Source of the DNA: a virus
DNA: 64,000 nucleotides
Virus record (IMG/VR): IMGVR_UViG_3300035666_000002
Direction: 5' to 3' (one strand)
Shown piece by piece: positions 1 to 9,009 of this stretch; the first letter of the stretch is position 1, and every line of letters begins with the position of its first letter. Below the pieces are notes generated by a model. It was given only the letters and a program-made list of their open reading frames with translations, was not told the origin of the DNA and ran no database searches. A program made the position numbers and the translations under genes.

Positions 1-1174
1 CTTTTCTATCTAAACTTTTACGAATTGAGAAAACTGAAATATCTTTTGGTTTATTATTTTCGTATTTCTCTAATGCTCGTTGATGAATTTCTTGAACTCT
101 TCCTGTTGAGCTGTCCCAATACATTGAAGTGTCGATGAAGTTCACATAATTGGGAAATGCATTTGTTCGTTCAGGTTGTAACATTCTTGTGGTTTGTTTA
201 ACCATGTTTTCATAATCACCGATTTTTTCATAAAGAAGAGTTAGTGCCCAAATGTGATCATTTCTTCCTGGTGCAAACTTCTCGGAAAGATTATACGAAG
301 CAATTGCTGCTGATGTATTATCTAACATCTGATAACAATCACCACAAAAAATTAATGAGAGATAACAAGTCTCATCAATTGGAACTTCTTTTTTATCTTT
401 ATATAAAAAATTTACGAATTCTTGAAAATAATAAATTGCTCTCCTAGCATATTCTTTTCTTTGTGAATTTCCTAAAGGAAATGAATCACACTCTCTAGCA
501 TCAAAATAACTTTTACCTATGTACCAAAAATGATATAGATTGGTCAACATCGTGCCATCAGATATCATTTGCTGCTCTAACGTTAAAGAATGTTTTACAA
601 ATTTAAACGGATCGGACCAACTTTCACCTGTATTGAATCCTGTTTGTCTGAACTTAGGTGACAAATCATATCTCTGAAAATCTTTTCCGATTTCAGGTAA
701 GTCACAATAAACAGTTTCATGACAAGGATCGTGATTGAATCTCCAAGGCATTTTTGCATTATACATCCACGCTCTATGATAGATGCTGGTGCCTTGAACT
801 GCGGGTATATGAAAAGTATGAATATTCGTATCATCAAATACAGACCAATCGAAGTCATCATCAACTTCTAATATCTCATCACAATCCATTTTTAAAATCC
901 AATCACACCCGTGATCGACACTTTGACAGTATTTAATTAGATGATCTCGATTCCAACCGAACCCTTTCCACCCTTCTTCACAAATATAAATTTCACCTGA
1001 AAGATTATTGTCTAATAGAAATTGTTTTGCAATTTCATCTGTTCCATCAGTTGATCCGTTGTTTTGCATAACATAATAATCAACATAAGGCAAACAAGAA
1101 TTTAACATTCTAAGAATGCTTTTAGATTCATTCTTGAACATTGTAATCATAACAATTTTTGTTTTCTTATTCAT
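1..1174 (-). CDS. GT2-family glycosyltransferase with TPR-like C-terminal helices (runs off the window edge; missing from the ORF track)
   Basis: Manual translation from ATG at 1174 (ATGA overlap with the upstream stop): MNKKTKIVMITMFKNESKSILRMLNSCLPYVDYYVMQNNGSTDGT...WILKMDCDE (GT-A N-terminal motif and DxD), later helical segment AAIASYNLSEKFAPGRND; open to position 1. Confidence 0.8.
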   Translation of the reverse strand, partial: MNKKTKIVMITMFKNESKSILRMLNSCLPYVDYYVMQNNGSTDGTDEIAKQFLLDNNLSGEIYICEEGWKGFGWNRDHLIKYCQSVDHGCDWILKMDCDEILEVDDDFDWSVFDDTNIHTFHIPAVQGTSIYHRAWMYNAKMPWRFNHDPCHETVYCDLPEIGKDFQRYDLSPKFRQTGFNTGESWSDPFKFVKHSLTLEQQMISDGTMLTNLYHFWYIGKSYFDARECDSFPLGNSQRKEYARRAIYYFQEFVNFLYKDKKEVPIDETCYLSLIFCGDCYQMLDNTSAAIASYNLSEKFAPGRNDHIWALTLLYEKIGDYENMVKQTTRMLQPERTNAFPNYVNFIDTSMYWDSSTGRVQEIHQRALEKYENNKPKDISVFSIRKSLDRK

Positions 1175-1881
1175 AATGTTCTTTCTTGTATCAACTTCAA
1201 AATTTCAGTGTTACTCTTTTGTTCTTCTGTTGGAGAATATAAAGCTCGTTTTCTCTGATTGGTATTTTCGGTAGAAGGTATTACATAATACATCGCAATG
1301 CTTTTTCGGTAGACATTTTCTGGGCATCTAATTGGTTTTGAAAATCCGTGCCAAGAATTTTGTGTGGTGTCGAACAGTAACAATCTGTTGAATTTATTTT
1401 CAATAGTCTTTACTAATTCCTTTGGTGTATTGTTGGTCTCATCATGTGACCAAAACTCCAAGTTGCCTCCCCAATTTTCATCCCAATCTTCCGAGAGATA
1501 ATAAATTAGATTTATCTTTCGCTCCATTTTTAATTTAGGGTGTAATGAATAATCTAAATGCACATTCAGTTTACCATTATTACCTTGAATGTGCCATCCA
1601 GCACCATGAAGCCCACAATCAGGAGTTAATTCATGACAAAAAGTTGAATTTCGTAAAAAATCTACGAATTGAGGAGAAATTAGATGTTGAAAAAATTGAT
1701 ATGTAGTTTCTGGAAAATGATACCAATTGTTTAATGCTTTTTTATTTTCCAAAGGATTGTCATAAACAAACCACTCTTTAGAATTATAGTCTATAAATTC
1801 GTTCGATAATTTTTTTGCTAAATCAATAGGTAAAAAATCATCTATAATAATGTGTGAAAAAGGATCATCATAAAATTGCAT
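1171..1881 (-). CDS. 2OG-Fe(II) oxygenase superfamily protein
   Basis: HxD (VHLD), WGGNLEFW, distal His (SWHG), RKS 2OG-binding motif; likely start at ATG 1881 behind a GGAG SD. Confidence 0.85.
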   Translation of the reverse strand: MQFYDDPFSHIIIDDFLPIDLAKKLSNEFIDYNSKEWFVYDNPLENKKALNNWYHFPETTYQFFQHLISPQFVDFLRNSTFCHELTPDCGLHGAGWHIQGNNGKLNVHLDYSLHPKLKMERKINLIYYLSEDWDENWGGNLEFWSHDETNNTPKELVKTIENKFNRLLLFDTTQNSWHGFSKPIRCPENVYRKSIAMYYVIPSTENTNQRKRALYSPTEEQKSNTEILKLIQERTL

Positions 1882-1882
1882 G

Positions 1883-2455
1883 TCATCTCCATTTTGGACC
1901 TTCAAACCATGCTGCTATACTATATCTAGTGCCTCTTGTAACTGGGTTTGCTTTGTGGCGAAATAGTGAAGGAAAGTAAATGAATGTTCCTTGCTGATTA
2001 ATATCTTTGTCTAATTTCGCCGAAGTTTCTGTGAGTTCAAGTTCACCACCAACATAATCGTTTGGATCGGAAAGTTGAATTACACAAGATAATTTTCTAT
2101 GATAAATTGGATCATTGTTTATCCAAAAAACATCATGATGCTCTTTATATTCACCTAGATATGTTTCATCATATTCTGCAAACTGAATAAAATCTAATTT
2201 GGTGATATGAAGATTGAAAAAATCTCGATTTGCTTCGAGTGCTGTTCTCCATAGTGCATCGAAAATATATTGATATCTCCAATCACCGGAATTTATAAAT
2301 CTAATCTTACTTCTTCGGTAATTATAATCAACACCTTCACCACCGTCTGTTCCTATATAACCATCTTGTATAGGCAAAACTTGTACTTCACTTATAATTT
2401 TCTCACACATTTCCTTGCTGAAATATGATTTAAAATAACACCATTCACCTTTCAT
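1883..2455 (-). CDS. 2OG-Fe(II) oxygenase, prolyl-4-hydroxylase/PKHD-like
   Basis: RRS...YKEHHD (HxD), RKLSCVIQLSDPNDYVGGEL, FPSLFRHKANPVTRGTRYSIAAW. Confidence 0.85.
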   Translation of the reverse strand: MKGEWCYFKSYFSKEMCEKIISEVQVLPIQDGYIGTDGGEGVDYNYRRSKIRFINSGDWRYQYIFDALWRTALEANRDFFNLHITKLDFIQFAEYDETYLGEYKEHHDVFWINNDPIYHRKLSCVIQLSDPNDYVGGELELTETSAKLDKDINQQGTFIYFPSLFRHKANPVTRGTRYSIAAWFEGPKWR

Positions 2456-2468
2456 TTTATAACAATCC

Positions 2469-4583
2469 TTATGTTTTAGATTTTATATATTCTATTTGAT
2501 CCTTTTGTTCTTTTAGAGCTTGTATTAAAAGTGGAACAACTCTTTCATACATAACAGTCAAATAGTTTTCACCAGATACACTATGCCCATATTTATTAGA
2601 GTCAAATGGAGCGTTTGTGATAACTTCAGGTAAAACCTCTTGAACTTCTTGCGCTATGAATCCTACCTGCCTTTCACCTTCTTTTTTGAAACCTAGTTGC
2701 TTGGCTAATTCATTCTGTTCATAATACACACCTCGAATTCTCTCCAATCTTTCCAAACTTTTTTCAACCGGTCCTAATATATCTTTTAATCTCATATCAG
2801 AGTAACCGGCAGTAATATCTCCTGTAGCCCTAACTGTTCCTGTCGTACCAGCAGCAGTGTTCACACCAAGTGCTGCAACTTGATTTGGTGGTACAGCGGG
2901 AGGTCCTTGAAAACCTTGTCTGCCTTGAAATCCAGAAGTTGTGCTTTGTGGTCCTTGAGGACCTTGAGCACCTTGTCTACCTTGAAATCCTGGTACTCCA
3001 AAAATATTCTGTGGACCTAGAGGTCCTTGTCTACCTTGAAATCCTGATGTGGTTGCTTGAGCACCTTGAGGTCCTTGAACTCCTTGGCGACCTTGGAATC
3101 CTACAGTTGTTCCTTGAACACCAGTTGCACCTTGAACTCCTTGGTGACCTTGGAATCCTGCTGTGGGTCCTTGTGCGCCTTGAGGTCCTTGGAATCCTTG
3201 TCTACCCTGAAATCCAGATGTTGGTCCTTGAGCACCTTGAGGCCCTTGAACTCCTTGGCGACCTTGGAACCCTGCTGTTGGTCCTTGAGCACCAGTTGCT
3301 CCTTGAACTCCTTGGTGACCTTGGAATCCTGCTGTGGGTCCTTGTGCGCCTTGGAATCCTTGTCGACCTTGGAATCCTTGTGCACCTGCTGTAGGTCCTT
3401 GAGCACCTTGAGGTCCTTGAAAACCAGAAGGTCCCTGAGCACCAGTTGTTGGTCCTTGAGCACCTTGGAATCCTTGTCGACCTTGGAATCCTTGAGCACC
3501 TGCTGTTGGTCCTTGAGCACCTTGCGGTCCTTGAAAACCAGAAGGTCCTTGAGCACCAGTTGTTGGTCCTTGAGCACCTTGAGGACCTTGGAATCCTTGT
3601 CTACCTTGGAATCCAGATGTTGGTCCTTGAGCACCAGTTGCTCCTTGAACTCCTTGGTGACCTTGGAATCCAGATGTTGGTCCTTGAGCACCTTGAGGTC
3701 CTTGGAATCCTTGGCGACCTTGGAATCCTACAGTTGTTCCTTGAACACCAGTTGCTCCTTGAACACCTTGGCGTCCTTGAAACCCTGCTGTTGGTCCTTG
3801 AGCGCCTTGCGGACCTTGAACTCCTTGAAATCCTTGAAACCCTGCTGTTGGTCCTTGAGCGCCTTGCGGACCTTGAACTCCTTGGCGACCTTGGAATCCT
3901 ACAGTTGTTCCTTGAACTCCTTGAGGACCTTGAACTCCTTGAGTGCCTTGAAAACCTGAAGTTACTCCTTGAGGTCCTTGAAAACCTTGTCTGCCTTGAG
4001 CACCTTGAAAGCCGAAAACAGAACTTTGTGCACCTTGAGGACCTTGAGGTCCTTGAACTCCTTGGAATCCAGATGTAGGTCCTTGAGCACCAGTTGCTCC
4101 TTGGACTCCTTGGGCACCTTGGAATCCCGCTGTGGGTCCTTGAGCACCTTGCGGTCCTTGGACTCCTTGGCGCCCTTGGAATCCTGCTGTTGGTCCTTGA
4201 GCACCTTGAGGTCCTTGAGCACCTTGAATGCCTTGAGCACCTGGTGCTCCAGTAGGACCAGAAACTCCTTGAAAACCCTGAGCGCCTTGAGCACCTGCAA
4301 CAGTGCTTTGTGCACCTTGAGGTCCTTGAGCACCTTGAATGCCTTGAGCACCTGGTGCTCCAGTAGGACCAGAAACTCCTTGAACTCCTTGAGCACCTTG
4401 AAATCCTGATGGACCTTGAACGCCTTGAAAACCTACAGCACCTTGCACTCCTTGAAAACCTTGCGGACCTTGAGGTCCTCTTATGTTTTGTGTGTCGCCT
4501 ATCCAAACACCATTAGCTGCAATAACACCATGTGTTTCAATTGTCAATCCATTTTTTACAACAAATGTATTTGCAGTAGCCAA
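2469..4583 (-). CDS. Collagen-like tail fibre protein A with C-terminal S74-type intramolecular chaperone
   Basis: ~530 aa of Gly-X-Y with periodic interruptions; C-terminal YSDMRLKD...GFIAQEVQEVLPE...LTVMYERVVPLLIQALKE; TTG start. Confidence 0.85.
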   Translation of the reverse strand: MATANTFVVKNGLTIETHGVIAANGVWIGDTQNIRGPQGPQGFQGVQGAVGFQGVQGPSGFQGAQGVQGVSGPTGAPGAQGIQGAQGPQGAQSTVAGAQGAQGFQGVSGPTGAPGAQGIQGAQGPQGAQGPTAGFQGRQGVQGPQGAQGPTAGFQGAQGVQGATGAQGPTSGFQGVQGPQGPQGAQSSVFGFQGAQGRQGFQGPQGVTSGFQGTQGVQGPQGVQGTTVGFQGRQGVQGPQGAQGPTAGFQGFQGVQGPQGAQGPTAGFQGRQGVQGATGVQGTTVGFQGRQGFQGPQGAQGPTSGFQGHQGVQGATGAQGPTSGFQGRQGFQGPQGAQGPTTGAQGPSGFQGPQGAQGPTAGAQGFQGRQGFQGAQGPTTGAQGPSGFQGPQGAQGPTAGAQGFQGRQGFQGAQGPTAGFQGHQGVQGATGAQGPTAGFQGRQGVQGPQGAQGPTSGFQGRQGFQGPQGAQGPTAGFQGHQGVQGATGVQGTTVGFQGRQGVQGPQGAQATTSGFQGRQGPLGPQNIFGVPGFQGRQGAQGPQGPQSTTSGFQGRQGFQGPPAVPPNQVAALGVNTAAGTTGTVRATGDITAGYSDMRLKDILGPVEKSLERLERIRGVYYEQNELAKQLGFKKEGERQVGFIAQEVQEVLPEVITNAPFDSNKYGHSVSGENYLTVMYERVVPLLIQALKEQKDQIEYIKSKT

Positions 4584-7500
4584 AGTTTATTACCTTTTTT
4601 CTATTTTTTTAATTAAGTCTGATATAATTAATTGTTGTTCTTTTATAGCTTGAGTGATTACCGGAATTAGTTTCTCATATTGAACAGCAAGGAAATTTTC
4701 ACCAGTTTTACTTTTTCCATTTTCATCAAGATCAAAAGGTGCTTGTGATATAATTTCGGGAACAGAAGGTTGTATTTGTTGTGCTATGAGCCCAACTTTT
4801 CTCGAATAATCTTTATATCCATATTTCTCAGCCAATCTATTTTGGGTGTAGTAAATTCCTGTCATGTTTAATATTTTTTCTAAACAATTTTCAATGACAG
4901 CAATTTTTGTTTTCAATCTTGCATCCGAATATCCTGAAATAATATCACTTGTTGCTCTAATTGTTCCAGTCGGACCGGCAGCAGTATTTATACCTAAAGC
5001 ACTCACATTAGGTGTTGATGTGGTACCTTGAGCACCTTGAGGTCCTTGTGGACCTTGAGCACCTTGAGCACCTTGAACTCCAGTAAATCCAGTTGGACCT
5101 GCACCACCTTGTGGACCTTGCGGACCTTGCACACCTTGAAATCCAAAAGGTCCCCCAGGTCCTTGCGGTCCTTGTGGACCTTGAACTCCAACTGGACCCT
5201 GCGGACCTTGAGGACCTTGTGCTCCTTGCGGTCCTTGAACACCGACCGGACCTTGTGAACCAGGAGGTCCTTGCGGTCCTTGTGGACCTTGAACACCAAC
5301 TGGACCTTGAGGTCCTTGTGGACCTTGTGCTCCTTGAGGTCCTTGAACACCGACCGGACCTTGACCACCAACTGGACCTTGTGCTCCTTGAGGTCCTTGA
5401 ACACCGACCGGACCTTGAGGACCTTGCGGTCCTTGAGGACCTTGAGGTCCTTGAACACCAACTGGACCTTGTGCGCCTGGAGGTCCTTGAGGTCCTTGCG
5501 GTCCTTGAACTCCAACCGGACCTTGTACACCTACCGGTCCTTGAGGACCTTGAGGACCCTGTACGCCGACTGGTCCTTGAGGACCCTGAGGTCCTTGTGG
5601 ACCTTGAGGTCCTTGTACACCAACTGGACCTTGACCACCTATTGGTCCTTGAAAACCTGATGGTCCTTGGACACCAACAGGACCTTGAGGTCCTTGAGGT
5701 CCTTGCGGACCTTGAGGTCCTTGCACACCGACCGGACCTTGACCTCCTATTGGTCCCTGAAAACCTGATGGACCTTGAACACCAACAGGTCCTTGAGGAC
5801 CTTGCGGTCCTTGTGGTCCTTGCGGTCCTTGTACACCAACCGGACCTTGAACACCAACTGGTCCTTGAGGACCTTGAGGTCCTTGTACACCGACCGGTCC
5901 TTGAGGACCTTGAGGTCCTTGCGGACCTTGAGGTCCTTGCACACCGACTGGACCTTGTGTGCCAGGAGGTCCTTGCGGTCCTTGTGGTCCTTGCACACCG
6001 ACCGGTCCTTGTCCACCAATTGGACCCTGAGGTCCTTGCGGACCTTGTACACCAACCGGACCTTGTGCTCCAACAGGTCCTTGAGCACCTTGTGGACCTT
6101 GTACGCCAACTGGACCTTGTACACCGACCGGTCCTTGAGCGCCTTGTGGACCTTGAACACCAACAGGACCTTGAGGTCCTTGAGGTCCTTGCGGTCCTTG
6201 CGGTCCTTGTACGCCAACTGGACCTTGTACACCGACCGGTCCTTGAGCGCCTTGAGGTCCTTGAACACCAACAGGACCTTGTGCACCAGGAGGTCCTTGC
6301 GGACCTTGCGGACCTTGTACACCTACTGGACCTTGTCCACCAATTGGTCCCTGTGGACCTTGAGGACCTTGTACACCTACTGGACCTTGTCCACCAATTG
6401 GACCCTGTGGACCTTGAGCACCAGGAGGTCCTTGAAAACCAGGTGATCCTTGCGGACCTTGGGGTCCTTGTGGACCTTGTACACCAACTGGACCTTGTAC
6501 ACCAACTGGACCTTGAGGACCTTGAGCACCAGGAGGTCCTTGAAAACCAGGTGATCCTTGCGGACCTTGAGGACCTTGAGGACCTTGAACGCCAGAAAAT
6601 CCTTGTGGTCCTTGCGAACCTACAAACCCTTGAGGACCTTGACTGCCAGGATAGTTAGATTTATTTCCTTGCCAAATACCCGATGAAGATATAATTATCT
6701 TTCCATTAGATAAAGATGTATTGCTTACTGCTAATCCATTTTTTACTACAAAATCCTTATTAGTTGCCATTCAATTTTTCTCTGAGAATTTCTATTTCTT
6801 TTTGTTGTATTTTTATTGTTTCAACAATTAGAGGTATAAGGAATTGATATTGAACCGTTAAATAATTTTGGCCGCTTTTACTGTTACCATATTCATCTAT
6901 ATCAAAAGGAGCTAAAGAAATAATTTCAGGTAATATCTTTTGAACTTCTTGTGCTATAACACCAATCTCTGTTTTATAAGTGTGATAACCAAACTTCTCT
7001 GACAATTCATTTTGTTTATAAAAAATAGCACTTAATGAATACAATTTTTTATCCGCTTCTTTTATGTATTCTATATTATCTTTAAGTCTTACATCAGAAA
7101 ATCCAGCAACAATATCGCTTGTTGCCCTTAATGTGCCTGTAGGACCAGCAGCAGTATTTACACCTAATGCCGTTGCTTGTGTGCCTAATGCTCCTACTAT
7201 ACCTTGAGCACCAGGAACTCCTGTAGGTCCTGTTGGACCTGGAGCACCTTGACGACCTTGTGCACCAGGAACACCTGATGAGCCTGTTGCACCTTGAGCA
7301 CCTTGAGCACCTTGTGCACCTGGAACTCCTGTTGGACCTGTTGGACCCGGAACTCCTTGAAATCCTGGAGCACCTGTTACTCCGGTTGGTCCTGTTGGAC
7401 CTGGAACGCCTTGTGCTCCTGAAACACCTGGAACACCCGTTGGTCCGGCAAAACCTGGAACACCTTGGAATCCTGGTGCACCTGGCACACCTGTAGGTCC

Positions 7501-8874
7501 TGTTGGACCTGGAACACCTTGAAATCCAGAAACGCCAGGAACTCCTGTTGGTCCTGTTGGACCTGGAACTCCTTGGGCGCCCGAAACTCCTGGTACACCT
7601 GTAGGCCCAGCAACACCTGGAACTCCTTGAAATCCTGGAGCACCTGGAACACCTGTAGGTCCAGTAACACCCGGAACTCCTTGAGCACCTGAAACACCTG
7701 GAACCCCGGTTGGTCCTGTCGGACCTGCTACACCTTGTGCTCCTGCAACACCCGGAACTCCTGTTGGTCCTGTAACACCCGGAACTCCTTGAGCACCCGA
7801 AATACCCGGAACTCCTGTCGGTCCAGTAACACCAGGAACACCTTGAAATCCTGAAGGTCCTGTAGAACCCGTTGCACCTTGCGGTCCGGGAACTCCTTGG
7901 GCACCTGAAACTCCTGGAACTCCTGTCGGTCCAGTAACACCAGGAACACCTTGAAATCCTGAAGGTCCTGTAGAACCCGTTGCACCTTGCGGTCCGGGAA
8001 CTCCTTGAAATCCTGAAGCACCAGGAATTCCTGTAGGACCCGTTGGACCTGGAACGCCTTGTGCTCCTGAAACACCTGGAACACCCGTTGGTCCAGCAAC
8101 ACCAGGAACACCTTGAAACCCTGGAGCTCCTGGAACTCCTGTGGGTCCCGTTGGACCTGGAACGCCTTGTGCTCCTGAAACACCTGGAACACCCGTTGGT
8201 CCGGCAACACCAGGAACACCTTGAAATCCAGAGACGCCTGGAACTCCTGTAGGTCCTGTTGGACCTGGAACACCTTGAAATCCAGAGACACCAGGTACGC
8301 CTGTGGCTCCTGTTGGACCTGGAACTCCTTGAGCACCAGATACGCCAGATACACCCGTAGGACCTTGAGGTCCTGGAACTCCTTGTGCCCCAGAAACGCC
8401 AGGCACGCCTGTAGGTCCTGTTTGTCCTGCAACACCTTGGAATCCTGGAGCACCTGAAACTCCTGTGGCACCTTGAGGTCCTGGAACACCTTGAGCGCCA
8501 GAAACGCCAGGCACACCTGTAGGTCCTGTTGGACCTGGAACACCTTGAAATCCAGAGACACCAGGTACGCCTGTGGGTCCTGTTGGACCTGGAACTCCTT
8601 GAAATCCAGAGACACCAGGTACTCCTGTGGGTCCTGTAATTCCCGTACCACCTTGTGGTCCTTGTGCACCTGCTACACTGCTTGCTGCTCCTTGAGGACC
8701 GAGAACGCCTTGAAATCCAGAAACACCAGTAGCTCCAGTTGCTCCAATTAAACCAGTAGCGCCTTGTGGTCCTTGTGCTCCCGCCACACTGCTAGCCGCA
8801 CCTTGTGCACCTTGAGTGCCTTGTGGACCTCTATCACCACCTTGACCGGTTGCTCCTTGAAATCCTGAAAATCC
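2890..8874. repeat. Gly-X-Y coding tandem repeats in three blocks (about 2890-4478, 5025-6644, 7180-8874)
   Basis: 9-nt periodicity (e.g. ggaccttga) with higher-order 54-57 nt units; GC content clearly above the rest of the window. Confidence 0.95.
4590..6770 (-). CDS. Collagen-like tail fibre protein B with S74-type chaperone
   Basis: Uninterrupted GPQ/GVQ/GPV triplets over ~540 aa; C-terminal YSDARLK...GLIAQQIQ...[16 protein letters not shown]. Confidence 0.85.
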   Translation of the reverse strand: MATNKDFVVKNGLAVSNTSLSNGKIIISSSGIWQGNKSNYPGSQGPQGFVGSQGPQGFSGVQGPQGPQGPQGSPGFQGPPGAQGPQGPVGVQGPVGVQGPQGPQGPQGSPGFQGPPGAQGPQGPIGGQGPVGVQGPQGPQGPIGGQGPVGVQGPQGPQGPPGAQGPVGVQGPQGAQGPVGVQGPVGVQGPQGPQGPQGPQGPVGVQGPQGAQGPVGVQGPVGVQGPQGAQGPVGAQGPVGVQGPQGPQGPIGGQGPVGVQGPQGPQGPPGTQGPVGVQGPQGPQGPQGPQGPVGVQGPQGPQGPVGVQGPVGVQGPQGPQGPQGPQGPVGVQGPSGFQGPIGGQGPVGVQGPQGPQGPQGPQGPVGVQGPSGFQGPIGGQGPVGVQGPQGPQGPQGPQGPVGVQGPQGPQGPVGVQGPVGVQGPQGPQGPPGAQGPVGVQGPQGPQGPQGPQGPVGVQGPQGAQGPVGGQGPVGVQGPQGAQGPQGPQGPVGVQGPQGPQGPPGSQGPVGVQGPQGAQGPQGPQGPVGVQGPQGPQGPGGPFGFQGVQGPQGPQGGAGPTGFTGVQGAQGAQGPQGPQGAQGTTSTPNVSALGINTAAGPTGTIRATSDIISGYSDARLKTKIAVIENCLEKILNMTGIYYTQNRLAEKYGYKDYSRKVGLIAQQIQPSVPEIISQAPFDLDENGKSKTGENFLAVQYEKLIPVITQAIKEQQLIISDLIKKIEKR

Positions 8875-8979
8875 CGTTATATTTGTTCCGGGACCTATCC
8901 AGTTTCCTGATGAATCGATTACATCTGTAGTGCCTACAGACAAACCATTTTTTACTATGAAATTAGAATTAGTAGCCAA
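6760..8979 (-). CDS. Collagen-like tail fibre protein C with S74-type chaperone
   Basis: GVP/GPT/GVS/GFQ triplets over ~560 aa; C-terminal [10 protein letters not shown]...[13 protein letters not shown]; TTG start. Confidence 0.85.
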   Translation of the reverse strand: MATNSNFIVKNGLSVGTTDVIDSSGNWIGPGTNITGFSGFQGATGQGGDRGPQGTQGAQGAASSVAGAQGPQGATGLIGATGATGVSGFQGVLGPQGAASSVAGAQGPQGGTGITGPTGVPGVSGFQGVPGPTGPTGVPGVSGFQGVPGPTGPTGVPGVSGAQGVPGPQGATGVSGAPGFQGVAGQTGPTGVPGVSGAQGVPGPQGPTGVSGVSGAQGVPGPTGATGVPGVSGFQGVPGPTGPTGVPGVSGFQGVPGVAGPTGVPGVSGAQGVPGPTGPTGVPGAPGFQGVPGVAGPTGVPGVSGAQGVPGPTGPTGIPGASGFQGVPGPQGATGSTGPSGFQGVPGVTGPTGVPGVSGAQGVPGPQGATGSTGPSGFQGVPGVTGPTGVPGISGAQGVPGVTGPTGVPGVAGAQGVAGPTGPTGVPGVSGAQGVPGVTGPTGVPGAPGFQGVPGVAGPTGVPGVSGAQGVPGPTGPTGVPGVSGFQGVPGPTGPTGVPGAPGFQGVPGFAGPTGVPGVSGAQGVPGPTGPTGVTGAPGFQGVPGPTGPTGVPGAQGAQGAQGATGSSGVPGAQGRQGAPGPTGPTGVPGAQGIVGALGTQATALGVNTAAGPTGTLRATSDIVAGFSDVRLKDNIEYIKEADKKLYSLSAIFYKQNELSEKFGYHTYKTEIGVIAQEVQKILPEIISLAPFDIDEYGNSKSGQNYLTVQYQFLIPLIVETIKIQQKEIEILREKLNGN

Positions 8980-9009
8980 GGTTCATTATCCCCTTTTTTA
9001 TTTTTTTAA

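Noticed and set aside
244-936. Three short ORFs in the track at the left end
   Set aside because: They overlap the real minus-strand glycosyltransferase ORF, which runs off the window edge
2870-8751. Many long alternative-frame and antisense ORFs (up to 521 aa) over the collagen genes
   Set aside because: Expected by-product of 9-nt periodic, codon-biased Gly-X-Y repeats; low-complexity translations with no SD or motifs
2890-8874. Regular repeats resembling a CRISPR array
   Set aside because: No constant repeat with unique spacers; the repeats are in-frame collagen codons; no cas operon
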